Numbered from the stretch's first letter, positions 1 to 9,002 are shown. The stretch is 20,000 bases of DNA from an uncultured virus (IMG/VR IMGVR_UViG_3300009441_000007) (IMGVR_UViG_3300009441_000007); one strand, 5' to 3'. A program made the numbers and translations. The notes: a model not told the origin generated them from the sequence alone.

Positions 1-2
1 AC

Positions 3-272
3 GGAACTTTTTCTACGGGTATAAATATAAGGAGTCTAAACAATATTGTGTTTGCCTCACCCAGTAAAAGTAGAATCAGAAACCTACAGTCTATTGGTCG
101 AGGACTTAGAAAAAGTGAACAGAAAGACAAGTGTAACTTGTTTGATGTAGGAGATGACCTCTCTTGGAAGGATAAAAAGAATTACACGTTGAATCACCTT
201 CTTGAAAGAGTTAAGATGTACAACGAAGAATCTTTCGATTATAAGATAGTTAAGGTAAACTCAAAGATATGA
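3..272 (+). CDS. uvsW: UvsW-like SF2 DNA helicase, C-terminal part (5' end outside window)
   Basis: Frame is open from base 3: GTFSTGINIRSLNNIVFASPSKSRIRNLQSIGRGLR, matching SF2 motifs V/VI of T4 UvsW. Confidence 0.93.
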   Translation, partial: GTFSTGINIRSLNNIVFASPSKSRIRNLQSIGRGLRKSEQKDKCNLFDVGDDLSWKDKKNYTLNHLLERVKMYNEESFDYKIVKVNSKI

Positions 273-706
273 ATCATTCACCAAAGATAATCTGTTTTGA
301 AAGTGGACTACAGATTGTAGCTGATGTTGAAGAGTCTATTCAATTAGACTCGGAAGGTAAGTATATGGTTCATTACCCAATGGAGGTAATGCGAATCCCT
401 GTGAATAAAACTCAAGAGGCCTATTCTATTAGACCTTGGATGTCATTTACAAGCGCCACCGCATTTGAAATAAATAAAAGTAATGTATTATCTATTGCGC
501 CGCTGAGTGAATATTTCGCAAAGGGATTTGAAGAACTAAAGGAAACATACTTTGAAGACATTGAAGGTGAGATGTCAGAAGAAGACGATGACGTAATAAA
601 TCAAGAAACCATTGACGATTATCTTGATAGTGCGGAATATGATGAGGAGACACTGAAAGAAATGGTTGAAGAGATTGTCGGCAGAAGGAAACGTGTGCTT
701 CACTAG
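269..706 (+). CDS. Hypothetical protein between uvsW and gp55, with acidic C-terminus
   Basis: 145-aa ORF whose start overlaps the uvsW stop (ATGA); acidic tail followed by RRKRVLH. A hypothetical gene at this position is typical of marine T4-like phages. Confidence 0.8.
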   Translation: MNHSPKIICFESGLQIVADVEESIQLDSEGKYMVHYPMEVMRIPVNKTQEAYSIRPWMSFTSATAFEINKSNVLSIAPLSEYFAKGFEELKETYFEDIEGEMSEEDDDVINQETIDDYLDSAEYDEETLKEMVEEIVGRRKRVLH

Positions 707-742
707 CAGCAGCTACTGCCATCTTCCCTTAAACGACAAGGT

Positions 743-771
743 ATTATACATCATCTCCAGGCAGTTGTCAA
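743..771 (-). promoter_or_regulatory. Perfect-consensus sigma70 promoter on the minus strand (antisense, divergent from gp55)
   Basis: Minus strand reads TTGACA (771-766), 17-nt spacer, TATAAT (748-743). Confidence 0.75.
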
Positions 772-806
772 GAACTATTTGCAATTAAATTAAAATAAAT
801 AAGGGC

Positions 807-835
807 TTGACTTCTGGGTAACAATACTATATAAT
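807..835 (+). promoter_or_regulatory. sigma70-type (early) promoter for gp55
   Basis: TTGACT 807-812, 17-nt spacer, TATAAT 830-835; AT-rich UP-like tract at 784-802. Confidence 0.85.
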
Positions 836-869
836 GGGTAACATAATGACAGTAACTAAGAAGAAGACT

Positions 870-1496
870 ATGGCTAAGAAAACAAAAACACCAAGCAGGC
901 ACTACGTCAACAATAAGGATTTCCTTGTTGCGATGACTGAGTATAGGATTAATCGATTAGCTGCACTGGATAGGGGAGACCCAAAACCTCGTGTTGGTGA
1001 GTACATCGGTGAGTGTATGGTTAAGATTGCCAATCACTTGGCTTATAAGAGTAACTTTGTGAACTATACTTTCAGAGAGGAGATGATTCTTGATGGAATA
1101 GAAAATTGTATAACCTACATTGATAACTTTGACCATGACAAGTCCAAGAACCCCTTTGCTTACTTCACACAGATTACCTACTACGCCTTCCTAAGACGTA
1201 TCCAGAAGGAAAAGAAACAACTTGACACTAAGTACAAGTATATTCAAAACCTTGACCTACAAGGTATGTTGGATTCCGAAGGCGCACAGTCTGGGTCAGC
1301 TGATTTTGTTGAGTACATGAAGAAACAGATAGATGATGCCGAGAAACACAAGGCGCAGTACGCTGACCAAGATAAGAAGATGCCTAAAAGACGCCCCCTA
1401 TATCTAGATGATAAAGAGGCACTCAAGTTGGCCAAGGAAAAGATACCCCAGTTATCAGACAATCCCGAAGAGGTAAAAGACGAAAAAAAGTCTTGA
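870..1496 (+). CDS. gp55: T4-like late-transcription sigma factor gp55
   Basis: HYVNNKDF, IANHLAYKSNFVNYTFREEMILDGIENC and SKNPFAYFTQITYYAFLRRIQKEKKQ are gp55 hallmarks. ATG 834 overlaps the -10 box, so the start is 846 or 870 (870 chosen). Confidence 0.95.
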   Translation: MAKKTKTPSRHYVNNKDFLVAMTEYRINRLAALDRGDPKPRVGEYIGECMVKIANHLAYKSNFVNYTFREEMILDGIENCITYIDNFDHDKSKNPFAYFTQITYYAFLRRIQKEKKQLDTKYKYIQNLDLQGMLDSEGAQSGSADFVEYMKKQIDDAEKHKAQYADQDKKMPKRRPLYLDDKEALKLAKEKIPQLSDNPEEVKDEKKS

Positions 1497-1521
1497 CTTC
1501 TGGTCTGGAATATGAGATCAT
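1493..1521 (+). promoter_or_regulatory. sigma70-type promoter for the DenV-like/DUF4338/glycosyltransferase block
   Basis: TTGACT 1493-1498, 17-nt spacer, TG-n-GATCAT (1516-1521). Shares CTTGACTTCTG with the promoters at 806, 10743 and 13285. Confidence 0.6.
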
Positions 1522-1557
1522 GTGTGCATATAGAGTTTAATTGGAGTTTTCTTTATT

Positions 1558-2118
1558 ATGAACATATTTTATCTACACAGACAACCGGCCGAATCTGCGA
1601 CATATCACTGCGATAAACATGTAGTAAAGATGGTCATCGAGTACGCGCAACTACTATCAACCGCGCACAGAATGCTCGATGGCGACCACTACATTGACGC
1701 CTCTAGTGGTAGACGCATCCAACGGTGGAGACTGTCTGAGTCAGACCGCGAAGGTGTCCTGTACAAGGCCTCACATGTCAATCACCCATCTGCTATATGG
1801 GTTCGCAAAAACAAAGTACAGTATCAGTACATGTACGAACTGTTCGTTTCTCTGTGTGATGAATACACGCATCGATATGGCAGAGTACACATGACAGATT
1901 ATAAGTTGCGGAACTTCTTGTCAACGCCTCCCGTCAATATCCCAACAGGTATTTTTACTGACCCACCACAATGCATGCCAGACAATTGCAAACAATCTAT
2001 CACAGTCAATGCTTACCGAGAATATTACATCAAGGAAAAGAAAGGATTTGCAAAGTGGACATCCAGACAAATACCATCGTGGTTCAATGACCAAGAGTCT
2101 AACTATGCATCTCAGTAA
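1558..2118 (+). CDS. Pyrimidine-dimer DNA glycosylase / endonuclease V-like protein
   Basis: MNIFYL...HCDKHVVKMVIEYAQLLSTAH, YKASHVNHPSAIWVR and AYREYYIKEK are motifs of the DenV-like family common in marine phages; GGAG RBS upstream. Confidence 0.8.
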   Translation: MNIFYLHRQPAESATYHCDKHVVKMVIEYAQLLSTAHRMLDGDHYIDASSGRRIQRWRLSESDREGVLYKASHVNHPSAIWVRKNKVQYQYMYELFVSLCDEYTHRYGRVHMTDYKLRNFLSTPPVNIPTGIFTDPPQCMPDNCKQSITVNAYREYYIKEKKGFAKWTSRQIPSWFNDQESNYASQ

Positions 2119-3217
2119 AGAAGATACAATTTATGCTAGTAAACTAGTCATCGATTATTTTTCTCAGTTTGAGAGGATAGATGATTACTTTCGTATCAGA
2201 AAGATAGACAGGGTGAACAAACTGCCACCGCCTCTTTTTGGTATGAGTGTAGAAGATGATATGTTTCAATCATGGGACATGCATCCAGAAGATATGAACT
2301 TTGAAATCGTACAAGTACCTAACCAATCGTTTGATCAAATGTTAGAGATGACTGCATCTTTCTCACCAGACCAAGCGCCAGGCAAGGAAATGAAACTTGT
2401 GGTCAAAGAAACAACTACCAATAAGGCGGTTGGATTTATCAAGTTGGGTTCACCTCTAATAAACTCCAAACCAAGGAATGATTTTCTTGGTGGTGTTCCC
2501 GACTTGCCCATTTTTAATAAACGGGCAATCATGGGGTTTAATATAGTTCCAGTACAACCATTCGGATTTAATTATCTGGGTGGTAAGTTACTGGCTGCAA
2601 TTTGTTGTTCGCATGAAGTACGGAGAATGTTGAACAGAAAGTATAAGACAGAGTTTTGTTTGTTTGAGACCACTTCTTTATACGGCAATATTAAAGGTGC
2701 ATCAATGTATGATGGCATGAAACCTTTCCTAAGATATAAAGGTGACACCATGTCATCCTTCTTGTTGACTATGGGTGAAGATATATACTTTCACCTGAGA
2801 GATTGGTTTGAAGAAAAGAACGGTGGTGAAGTACTTATTCACAAAGGTGCATCCAGTAGAAAACTAAAGTATCAAACTAAGATGATACAGGTACTCAAAC
2901 AAAATTTGAAAGTACATGATGATAAGGCATATGAACTATTCTGTGACGTAATTAAGAAATCAACTGATGTTACCACACAGAAAAGATTCTATATGAGTGA
3001 GTATGGATATTCTAATGTACAGGACGTTCTTTTAGGTAAGACGCAACAATTAGAAAAGGCGGAGAACTTTGATAGGTTTGAACTGCCCAATGTTATTGAG
3101 TGGTGGCGCAAGAAGGCAATCAAACGATATAACAACTTGGTATCAGACGGCCGGATACGAAAGGAACTGGAAGTTTGGAATTCTGAAACAATTAACACGA
3201 TAGATATAATAAGATGA
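2105..3217 (+). CDS. DUF4338 / Druantia DruA-like protein (GNAT/Mom-related fold, inferred)
   Basis: GFNIVPVQPFGFNYLGGKLLAAICCSHEV and FETTSLYG resemble the LGGKL..TTSLYG motifs of DUF4338/DruA. Start set at ATG 2105, overlapping the previous stop. Confidence 0.7.
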   Translation: MHLSKEDTIYASKLVIDYFSQFERIDDYFRIRKIDRVNKLPPPLFGMSVEDDMFQSWDMHPEDMNFEIVQVPNQSFDQMLEMTASFSPDQAPGKEMKLVVKETTTNKAVGFIKLGSPLINSKPRNDFLGGVPDLPIFNKRAIMGFNIVPVQPFGFNYLGGKLLAAICCSHEVRRMLNRKYKTEFCLFETTSLYGNIKGASMYDGMKPFLRYKGDTMSSFLLTMGEDIYFHLRDWFEEKNGGEVLIHKGASSRKLKYQTKMIQVLKQNLKVHDDKAYELFCDVIKKSTDVTTQKRFYMSEYGYSNVQDVLLGKTQQLEKAENFDRFELPNVIEWWRKKAIKRYNNLVSDGRIRKELEVWNSETINTIDIIR

Positions 3218-3465
3218 TAATACAGATTTATTCAAAACCAGCATGTACATACTGTGACCAAGCTGAGAAGATTGCAGAACAGATAGTTCAAGCTATGCCT
3301 GCCAACTACGAAAAACTTATGTTGGATGTAGACTTCTCAATGGATGAACTGATAGAAAAAGTACCTAACGCAAAAACATTCCCGCAAGTATTTGTGGATG
3401 GTGAGTTGGTTGGTGGGTACGGAGAGTTTTCGCGGATGGAATGGTTGGCAGACAAACATGATTAA
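3214..3465 (+). CDS. Glutaredoxin
   Basis: CTYC active site, TFPQVF cis-Pro motif, VGGY; 83 aa. Confidence 0.92.
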   Translation: MIIQIYSKPACTYCDQAEKIAEQIVQAMPANYEKLMLDVDFSMDELIEKVPNAKTFPQVFVDGELVGGYGEFSRMEWLADKHD

Positions 3466-3898
3466 TGAATCGATAAAGGTGGGGTTTGTCGCAAGTTGTT
3501 TTGACTTACTACATGCAGGACATATATGTATGTTAAGAGAAGCAAAAGATAATTGTGATTATTTGATATGTGCATTGCAGACAGACCCAACTATTGATAG
3601 ACCCGATGAGAAGAACCCCCCTGTTCAGTCTGTCTATGAGAGATATGAACAACTACAGGCAGTTCGATACGTCAATGAGATAATTCCATATGAAACTGAG
3701 GAGTCGTTGGTTGATTTGTTGCTTGCTAGGAATCCAGACATAAGGTTTCTGGGACAGGAATATGAGTGGAAAGAATATACGGGTAGGGAATTAGACATAG
3801 AAATTCACTACACCAATAGAGAACATTCTTTCTCAACTACAAGTCTAAGAAAGAGGGTAGTTGTTAATGAAAATAACATGTGCAAGACTAAGGTCTAA
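3458..3898 (+). CDS. Cytidylyltransferase, TagD (glycerol-3-phosphate CT)-like
   Basis: FDLLHAGH (HxGH) and REHSFSTTSLR (RxxxxSTT). Start moved to ATG 3458, overlapping the glutaredoxin stop. Confidence 0.88.
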   Translation: MINESIKVGFVASCFDLLHAGHICMLREAKDNCDYLICALQTDPTIDRPDEKNPPVQSVYERYEQLQAVRYVNEIIPYETEESLVDLLLARNPDIRFLGQEYEWKEYTGRELDIEIHYTNREHSFSTTSLRKRVVVNENNMCKTKV

Positions 3899-4853
3899 TG
3901 TAAAGTACGAGGGCCCATTAGCAACGGTACTCGATAGTTTCTTGGAGAATTATGTTAAGTGGATGAGAAACAATCCACAGAACGAATACCGGACATACAA
4001 CATATCGTTTGATGGTACTAGACCAAAGAGAACGCCTGAGTCGATAGAGTGGGCTGATGTCATCGTTATACCAAGTGACAGTGAGTTCCGGTATCATGGT
4101 GAGTTGCAGATGAACCCCAAGGACTTGGAGAAGTCGCAGTCGCATATGGATACCATCATCCCACACTTCAAAGGCAAACACGTTGTTGTTATGAGAAGTG
4201 ATAGGGGCGACACCGAAAAACTATACAGGGAAGATACACTACAGAACATTCCTATAAAATCCTACACGGAGATTGATGAGATTGATTTCTCTGGAAATAT
4301 TCATGGGATGAAGTATCACTTTATACGGAACAAGTTTGGCAATCCACTATACACCGAACCAAAGAAAACCGATTTTGGTTACTGGGGTAGGATGAAGTCA
4401 GGGTGTGACCGCGATAAAATCATCAGAAAGATTTACCGCGACCCAGACTTGACAAGTACTTTGATTGGTGGATTTCCTTCTGGTATCAAACGACAGTCAT
4501 CTTGGATAAAGGATTGGAATCTACTGTATCCTCTTCTAGAACCCAACCGATTTACGTTGTGTTTTAACTGGAAAGATGAGTGCGCTACTACGTCTAGATA
4601 TATTGAGGCTCTTGCAATAGGAATGATACCCTTTGTGTGGAGACAGTATGATAAAAACAACACATACAATATAGATGACTGGCAAAGGATAGAAGACTTT
4701 GATGATTTGAAGTCTAAGGTAATGCAATTGAGAGATAATGATTTTCTTGATAAGAAACTAGAAGAATATAGAAAGAATTACAACGAGGTACTTTTGTCCA
4801 TCGAAGAGTACTACCAACAGTTTGACCGCAAAATGCATGGAGTGACACCTTGA
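3867..4853 (+). CDS. T4 DNA beta-glucosyltransferase-like GT-B glycosyltransferase
   Basis: By-eye similarity to T4 BGT recalled from memory: KKTDFGYWGRMKSGCDR vs KKTLDVIYGGSFRSGQR; TSRYIEALA vs TLRVWETMA; VMRSDRG vs LFTDIRL (catalytic Asp region). Similar length, about 328 aa. Confidence 0.65.
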   Translation: MKITCARLRSNVKYEGPLATVLDSFLENYVKWMRNNPQNEYRTYNISFDGTRPKRTPESIEWADVIVIPSDSEFRYHGELQMNPKDLEKSQSHMDTIIPHFKGKHVVVMRSDRGDTEKLYREDTLQNIPIKSYTEIDEIDFSGNIHGMKYHFIRNKFGNPLYTEPKKTDFGYWGRMKSGCDRDKIIRKIYRDPDLTSTLIGGFPSGIKRQSSWIKDWNLLYPLLEPNRFTLCFNWKDECATTSRYIEALAIGMIPFVWRQYDKNNTYNIDDWQRIEDFDDLKSKVMQLRDNDFLDKKLEEYRKNYNEVLLSIEEYYQQFDRKMHGVTP

Positions 4854-5905
4854 AAATAGCTTTAGTAAATGATACACACTTTGGTGCGAGGTCTGATAGT
4901 CTTCCGTTTGATGCATACTTCAAAAAATTCTACGATGAATTCTTCTACCCTACGCTAGAAGAGAGGGGCATCAAAACCATCATGCATCTTGGTGATGTGT
5001 TTGACCGTAGAAAATATATGAACTACAATACTCTGAAGAGTTGTAAGGAGTATTTCTTTGACCATGCAAGGAACCTAAATATAGATATCCATATGATTCC
5101 TGGCAATCACGATACTTATTTTAAAAATACTAACCAAGTGAATGCGCCAGAACTTTTGCTTAAAGAGTATGAGAATGTTACAGTTTATCCAGAAATCACA
5201 GAATTGGTGTTTGATAAAAGAAAAATCCTTTTTGTTCCTTGGATTTGTAGTGATAACTATAACACTACTATGGAGATGGTCGAACGAACTGACGCGGAAG
5301 TATGTTTTGGACACTTTGAGTTTTCCGGTTTCCAAATGTACAAAGGTATGCCAAATGAGCATGGAATGGATCATACTTCCTTTAAGCGCTTTGATTTGGT
5401 TTGTTCTGGCCATTATCATCATCGCAGTAGCAGGGACAATGTTACTTACCTTGGAAATCCTTACGAAATTACATGGTCAGATTACAATGATGCTAGAGGG
5501 TTTAACATATACGATACGGAAACGAATGAAATAGAGTTTATGCAAAATCCTTATAGAATGTTCCACAAAATATTCTATAATGATGTTGATGAGGATGTTG
5601 AGTTCGATGTGACAAAAACTGTTGGCTCTTGTGTCAAGGTTGTAGTAGTAAAAAAGGAAAACTTCACGAAGTTTGACAAACTAATAGATTCTTTATATAC
5701 ATGTAATCTCACTGAACTAAAAATTATTGAAGACTTCTCAGAGTTTGAAGATAATGCCGTAGGTGAGATGGATTTGAAACTTGATGACACGATTACCCTA
5801 CTGAATGACTACGTTGACAATACCGTCACCGAATTGAGTAAGGAAAGACTTAAATCACTGTTGCAATCTTTGTATGTGGAAGCACAACATGTTGAAATTG
5901 TATGA
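4850..5905 (+). CDS. gp47: Recombination endonuclease subunit gp47 (Mre11/SbcD-like)
   Basis: DTHFG, GDVFD, GNHD, GHFE and SGHYH metallophosphoesterase motifs; TTG start with GGAG RBS. Confidence 0.95.
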   Translation: MKIALVNDTHFGARSDSLPFDAYFKKFYDEFFYPTLEERGIKTIMHLGDVFDRRKYMNYNTLKSCKEYFFDHARNLNIDIHMIPGNHDTYFKNTNQVNAPELLLKEYENVTVYPEITELVFDKRKILFVPWICSDNYNTTMEMVERTDAEVCFGHFEFSGFQMYKGMPNEHGMDHTSFKRFDLVCSGHYHHRSSRDNVTYLGNPYEITWSDYNDARGFNIYDTETNEIEFMQNPYRMFHKIFYNDVDEDVEFDVTKTVGSCVKVVVVKKENFTKFDKLIDSLYTCNLTELKIIEDFSEFEDNAVGEMDLKLDDTITLLNDYVDNTVTELSKERLKSLLQSLYVEAQHVEIV

Positions 5906-7572
5906 TAACATTTGAGAAGATTAGATGGAAGAACTTTCTATCTACAGGAAATAGTTTTACCGAAGTACATTTTAATAGAAGTCCCAGTACATTGATAGTT
6001 GGTGATAATGGAAGCGGAAAGTCTACTATACTTGACGCAGTGTGTTTTGCATTGTTCAACAAACCCTTCCGTAAAATAAGTAAACCCCAACTGGTAAATT
6101 CTATCAACAACAAGGCTTTGGTTTGTGAGATAGAGTTCCGAATTGGTGTCAAAGAATACAAAGTTGTTCGTAGTATCAAACCAAGTGCATTTGAATTGTA
6201 CTGTGATGGCACGATGCTAGACCAAGACGCTGCCGTGAGAGACACGCAAAAGTATCTTGAAGATAGTATTCTAAAAATGAATTTTAAATCATTCACACAG
6301 ATAGTTATATTGGGAAGTGCTTCTTTTACTCCCTTTATGCAACTGCCTTCAGCATCTCGCCGAGAAATTATTGAAGATATTCTTGACATTCAAATATTCA
6401 CGACAATGAATCAGGTGTTGAAAGATAACATTGCCGTACTCAGGGAAGAGGTGCGGGACATTGAAACCACCGTGGAGGTATCCAAACAAAAGGCGACAGT
6501 TCAAAAACAATATATAGAACAGCTAGAAAAAGATAAAAAAATCAAAGTCGATAAAATAAAGGAAACTATTAATGAACTCATCGAGGCGTCTGTTCAACTC
6601 AATGAAAAACTCGCAATTGCAACGCAACAGAAGGAGAGTAAGAATGACCCAACAACGCGCCTCCGAAAACTTGACAGTCTCAAGGACAAACTCAGAACGA
6701 GCCTCAATAGAACCACCAAAGAACTAGGTTTCTATCACGATACGGATGAATGTCCAACCTGTAAACAGGGGTTGACACATGACTTCAAGGAAGAGAAGAC
6801 CAGAGAGAAGACTCAGCGAATAGATGAGTTGACCGCTGGACTGAGTGAGATGGACGTTCAGTGTAATTTGGTGCATGATGATATAGAACAGTATCAACAG
6901 ATTGTTACCACCATACAAGACACTCAGAATGAAATGATATCACAGGAACGATTCAAGAACCGACTGATATTAGAACTCAATGATGCAGAAACTAATGCAG
7001 CTGACATAGATGTCGAGACTGAAAAACTTAGAGACATGGCAAAAGACTTAACTGTTCATAATAGAATGCGAACGGAGAAGAGTGAAGAACAACATTACAA
7101 TACCGCTGCTGCTAGTCTTCTAAAGGACACTGGGATAAAGACCAGAGTCATCCGGCAATATCTGCCAGTAATCAACCAGTTGGTCAATAAGTATTTGGCC
7201 GCCATGGATTTCTTTGTTCACTTTGAGTTGGATGAGAAGTTCAACGAGACTATCAAATCCAGACACAGAGATAACTTTTCTTACTCTAGTTTCAGTGAGG
7301 GTGAGAAACAACGGATAGACTTGGCATTACTATTCACATGGCGAACTATTGCTAAGATGAAAAATAGTGCTAGTACTAACCTGTTATTACTCGATGAAGT
7401 ATTTGACAGTTCCTTGGATAACAATGGGGTTGATTATGTTATGAACCTGTTAAGTACCATAGGAGAGGAAACCAATGTGTTTGTGATTTCACACAAGGGT
7501 GACCAGTTGTTCGATAAATTTAGAAGTCAAATTAAATTTGAAAAAATTAGGGATTATAGTGTGATGTCATGA
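5902..7572 (+). CDS. gp46: Recombination ATPase subunit gp46 (Rad50/SbcC-like)
   Basis: Walker A GDNGSGKS, zinc hook CPTC, signature FSEGEK, Walker B LLLLDEVFD, ISHK. Confidence 0.96.
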   Translation: MITFEKIRWKNFLSTGNSFTEVHFNRSPSTLIVGDNGSGKSTILDAVCFALFNKPFRKISKPQLVNSINNKALVCEIEFRIGVKEYKVVRSIKPSAFELYCDGTMLDQDAAVRDTQKYLEDSILKMNFKSFTQIVILGSASFTPFMQLPSASRREIIEDILDIQIFTTMNQVLKDNIAVLREEVRDIETTVEVSKQKATVQKQYIEQLEKDKKIKVDKIKETINELIEASVQLNEKLAIATQQKESKNDPTTRLRKLDSLKDKLRTSLNRTTKELGFYHDTDECPTCKQGLTHDFKEEKTREKTQRIDELTAGLSEMDVQCNLVHDDIEQYQQIVTTIQDTQNEMISQERFKNRLILELNDAETNAADIDVETEKLRDMAKDLTVHNRMRTEKSEEQHYNTAAASLLKDTGIKTRVIRQYLPVINQLVNKYLAAMDFFVHFELDEKFNETIKSRHRDNFSYSSFSEGEKQRIDLALLFTWRTIAKMKNSASTNLLLLDEVFDSSLDNNGVDYVMNLLSTIGEETNVFVISHKGDQLFDKFRSQIKFEKIRDYSVMS

Positions 7573-8081
7573 GCGAAGATTTGAATTTATTACCATTGAA
7601 CCATCCAATGTTGAAAGTGCCACCTAACGAGTTTGATTTTGAAAATGAAGATGCTCACGAATTTGCAGAATCTATTTGGAATAAACAGAATGATTTGGGT
7701 GGGGTAGGATTGTCCGCCAACCAAGTGGGCCGTAATGCCAAAGTGTTTACTATGGGTAATTCATACGGCTCGAAGAGAGTTTTATTTAACCCAGAGTTGG
7801 TGTCGTATAGTGAAGAACAAGAGACCATGATGGAGGGGTGTTTGTCTGCGCCTGGCATTCAACTGATGGTAACCAGACCCACTAAATGTAGCATGAGTTA
7901 TAAGAACGAGTCCGGTGAAATTGTCTTGGAGGAGTTTAATGGGATGTGGGCCAGAGTCGCCCTGCACGAGTACGACCACATGATAGGACAGAATTTTACT
8001 GGCCGAGTATCTAAGTTTAAATTGGAACGGGCTATAAAGAAAGCAAGAAAATACCATAAAAGACTAACATCGGCTATTTAA
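7569..8081 (+). CDS. def: Peptide deformylase
   Basis: GVGLSANQ, EGCLS and HEYDH are the three PDF motifs. Confidence 0.95.
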   Translation: MSEDLNLLPLNHPMLKVPPNEFDFENEDAHEFAESIWNKQNDLGGVGLSANQVGRNAKVFTMGNSYGSKRVLFNPELVSYSEEQETMMEGCLSAPGIQLMVTRPTKCSMSYKNESGEIVLEEFNGMWARVALHEYDHMIGQNFTGRVSKFKLERAIKKARKYHKRLTSAI

Positions 8082-8084
8082 ACG

Positions 8085-8092
8085 CATAAATA
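8085..8092 (+). promoter_or_regulatory. Possible gp55-dependent late promoter (CATAAATA)
   Basis: One mismatch to T4 TATAAATA, intergenic; a second CATAAATA lies at 8474-8481. Confidence 0.5.
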
Positions 8093-8125
8093 GGCGTACC
8101 AACTAACTAACCGAAAGAATATTCA

Positions 8126-8470
8126 ATGAACAATATACTGATAGCAATTCTAATAACAATGGTCATGGCTACAGTTGCAACAGCAGATGGCCATCCATAC
8201 GTCAAGTGGGAAAACAAAATAAAGTTTAGTCAGTTCGACAACATTGACCTCAGTGATACCTCTAATAATATCAGATTAGGTTGGTCACTAGACAAGTGGT
8301 ATGCGGAGATTGGTAAACAAAATGACGGTGAAGAAGTAACTGAATTTGGTGTCAAGTTTAAAAACATGGGCGGCATCAGTGGATTAACTCTTAAAACAAA
8401 AATAGAATCAGAACGTGATATCAATTGGAATCACGCAGTTGAAACATACATCCAGTACGATTTCTGGTAA
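8126..8470 (+). CDS. Small exported protein, possible outer-membrane beta-barrel
   Basis: Sec-like signal (MNNILIAILITMVMATVATA), amphipathic beta-strand pattern, aromatic C-terminus YIQYDFW. Confidence 0.6.
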   Translation: MNNILIAILITMVMATVATADGHPYVKWENKIKFSQFDNIDLSDTSNNIRLGWSLDKWYAEIGKQNDGEEVTEFGVKFKNMGGISGLTLKTKIESERDINWNHAVETYIQYDFW

Positions 8471-8473
8471 AAA

Positions 8474-8481
8474 CATAAATA
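8474..8481 (+). promoter_or_regulatory. Possible late promoter (CATAAATA)
   Basis: Lies in the short gap before the nuclease gene. If real, ATG 8498 is the likelier start. Confidence 0.4.
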
Positions 8482-8485
8482 ATAA

Positions 8486-8962
8486 ATGGAAAAGAATATG
8501 ACAAAGCAAGAACGAATTAAATTGATAACAATGACTATTTTAATAGCCACCGCTTCAATATTTGCTAGCGCTGGATTTGCCGCAGAGAAACCACAAGTAA
8601 TCTACGATTTCCCAATCACCCGCATCATTGACGGTGACACGGTTGCATTTGAAGCAAACTTTCTACCGGAACCACTGAAACAAGAACTAAGTATCCGTGT
8701 TTTCGGTGTAGACACTCCAGAGAAATCTTGGCGTGGTAGTTGCGATGCAGAGAAAGCATTGGGTGATGAAGCATCATCCTTCACCAAACTCTTCATTGCG
8801 TCTGGTACTGTGATACAAGTGAGTATTATGTCGTGGGACAAGTACGGTGGTCGAGTATTGGGTGACGTTATCGTTGATGGGGTCAGTTTACGATACGCAT
8901 TACTAGAGAATGGATATGCGCGTGAATACTTTGGCGATAAGAAAGAATCATGGTGCGATTAG
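8486..8962 (+). CDS. Staphylococcal-nuclease (thermonuclease) family protein with signal peptide
   Basis: IIDGDT, IRVFGVDTPE, DKYGGRVLG and LLENGYA; hydrophobic N-terminus ending AGFA-AE. Start 8486 or 8498. Confidence 0.88.
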   Translation: MEKNMTKQERIKLITMTILIATASIFASAGFAAEKPQVIYDFPITRIIDGDTVAFEANFLPEPLKQELSIRVFGVDTPEKSWRGSCDAEKALGDEASSFTKLFIASGTVIQVSIMSWDKYGGRVLGDVIVDGVSLRYALLENGYAREYFGDKKESWCD

Positions 8963-9002
8963 ACTAAACGATGTTTATATCAAAAATAGCGAGAAAAATA
9001 AA

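Noticed and set aside
20..27. TATAAATA near the window start
   Set aside because: Inside the conserved uvsW GINI codons, so explained by coding constraint.
834..869. ATG 834 as the gp55 start
   Set aside because: Overlaps the -10 box, so it lies upstream of the expected transcription start.
2009..2104. N-terminal extension of the 402-aa ORF (similarly 3392-3457 and 8910-9047)
   Set aside because: Long overlaps with upstream genes; downstream ATGs have better RBS or coupling.
2105..3217. Complete Druantia defence system
   Set aside because: Only a DruA-like domain is present; no DruE helicase or other dru genes.
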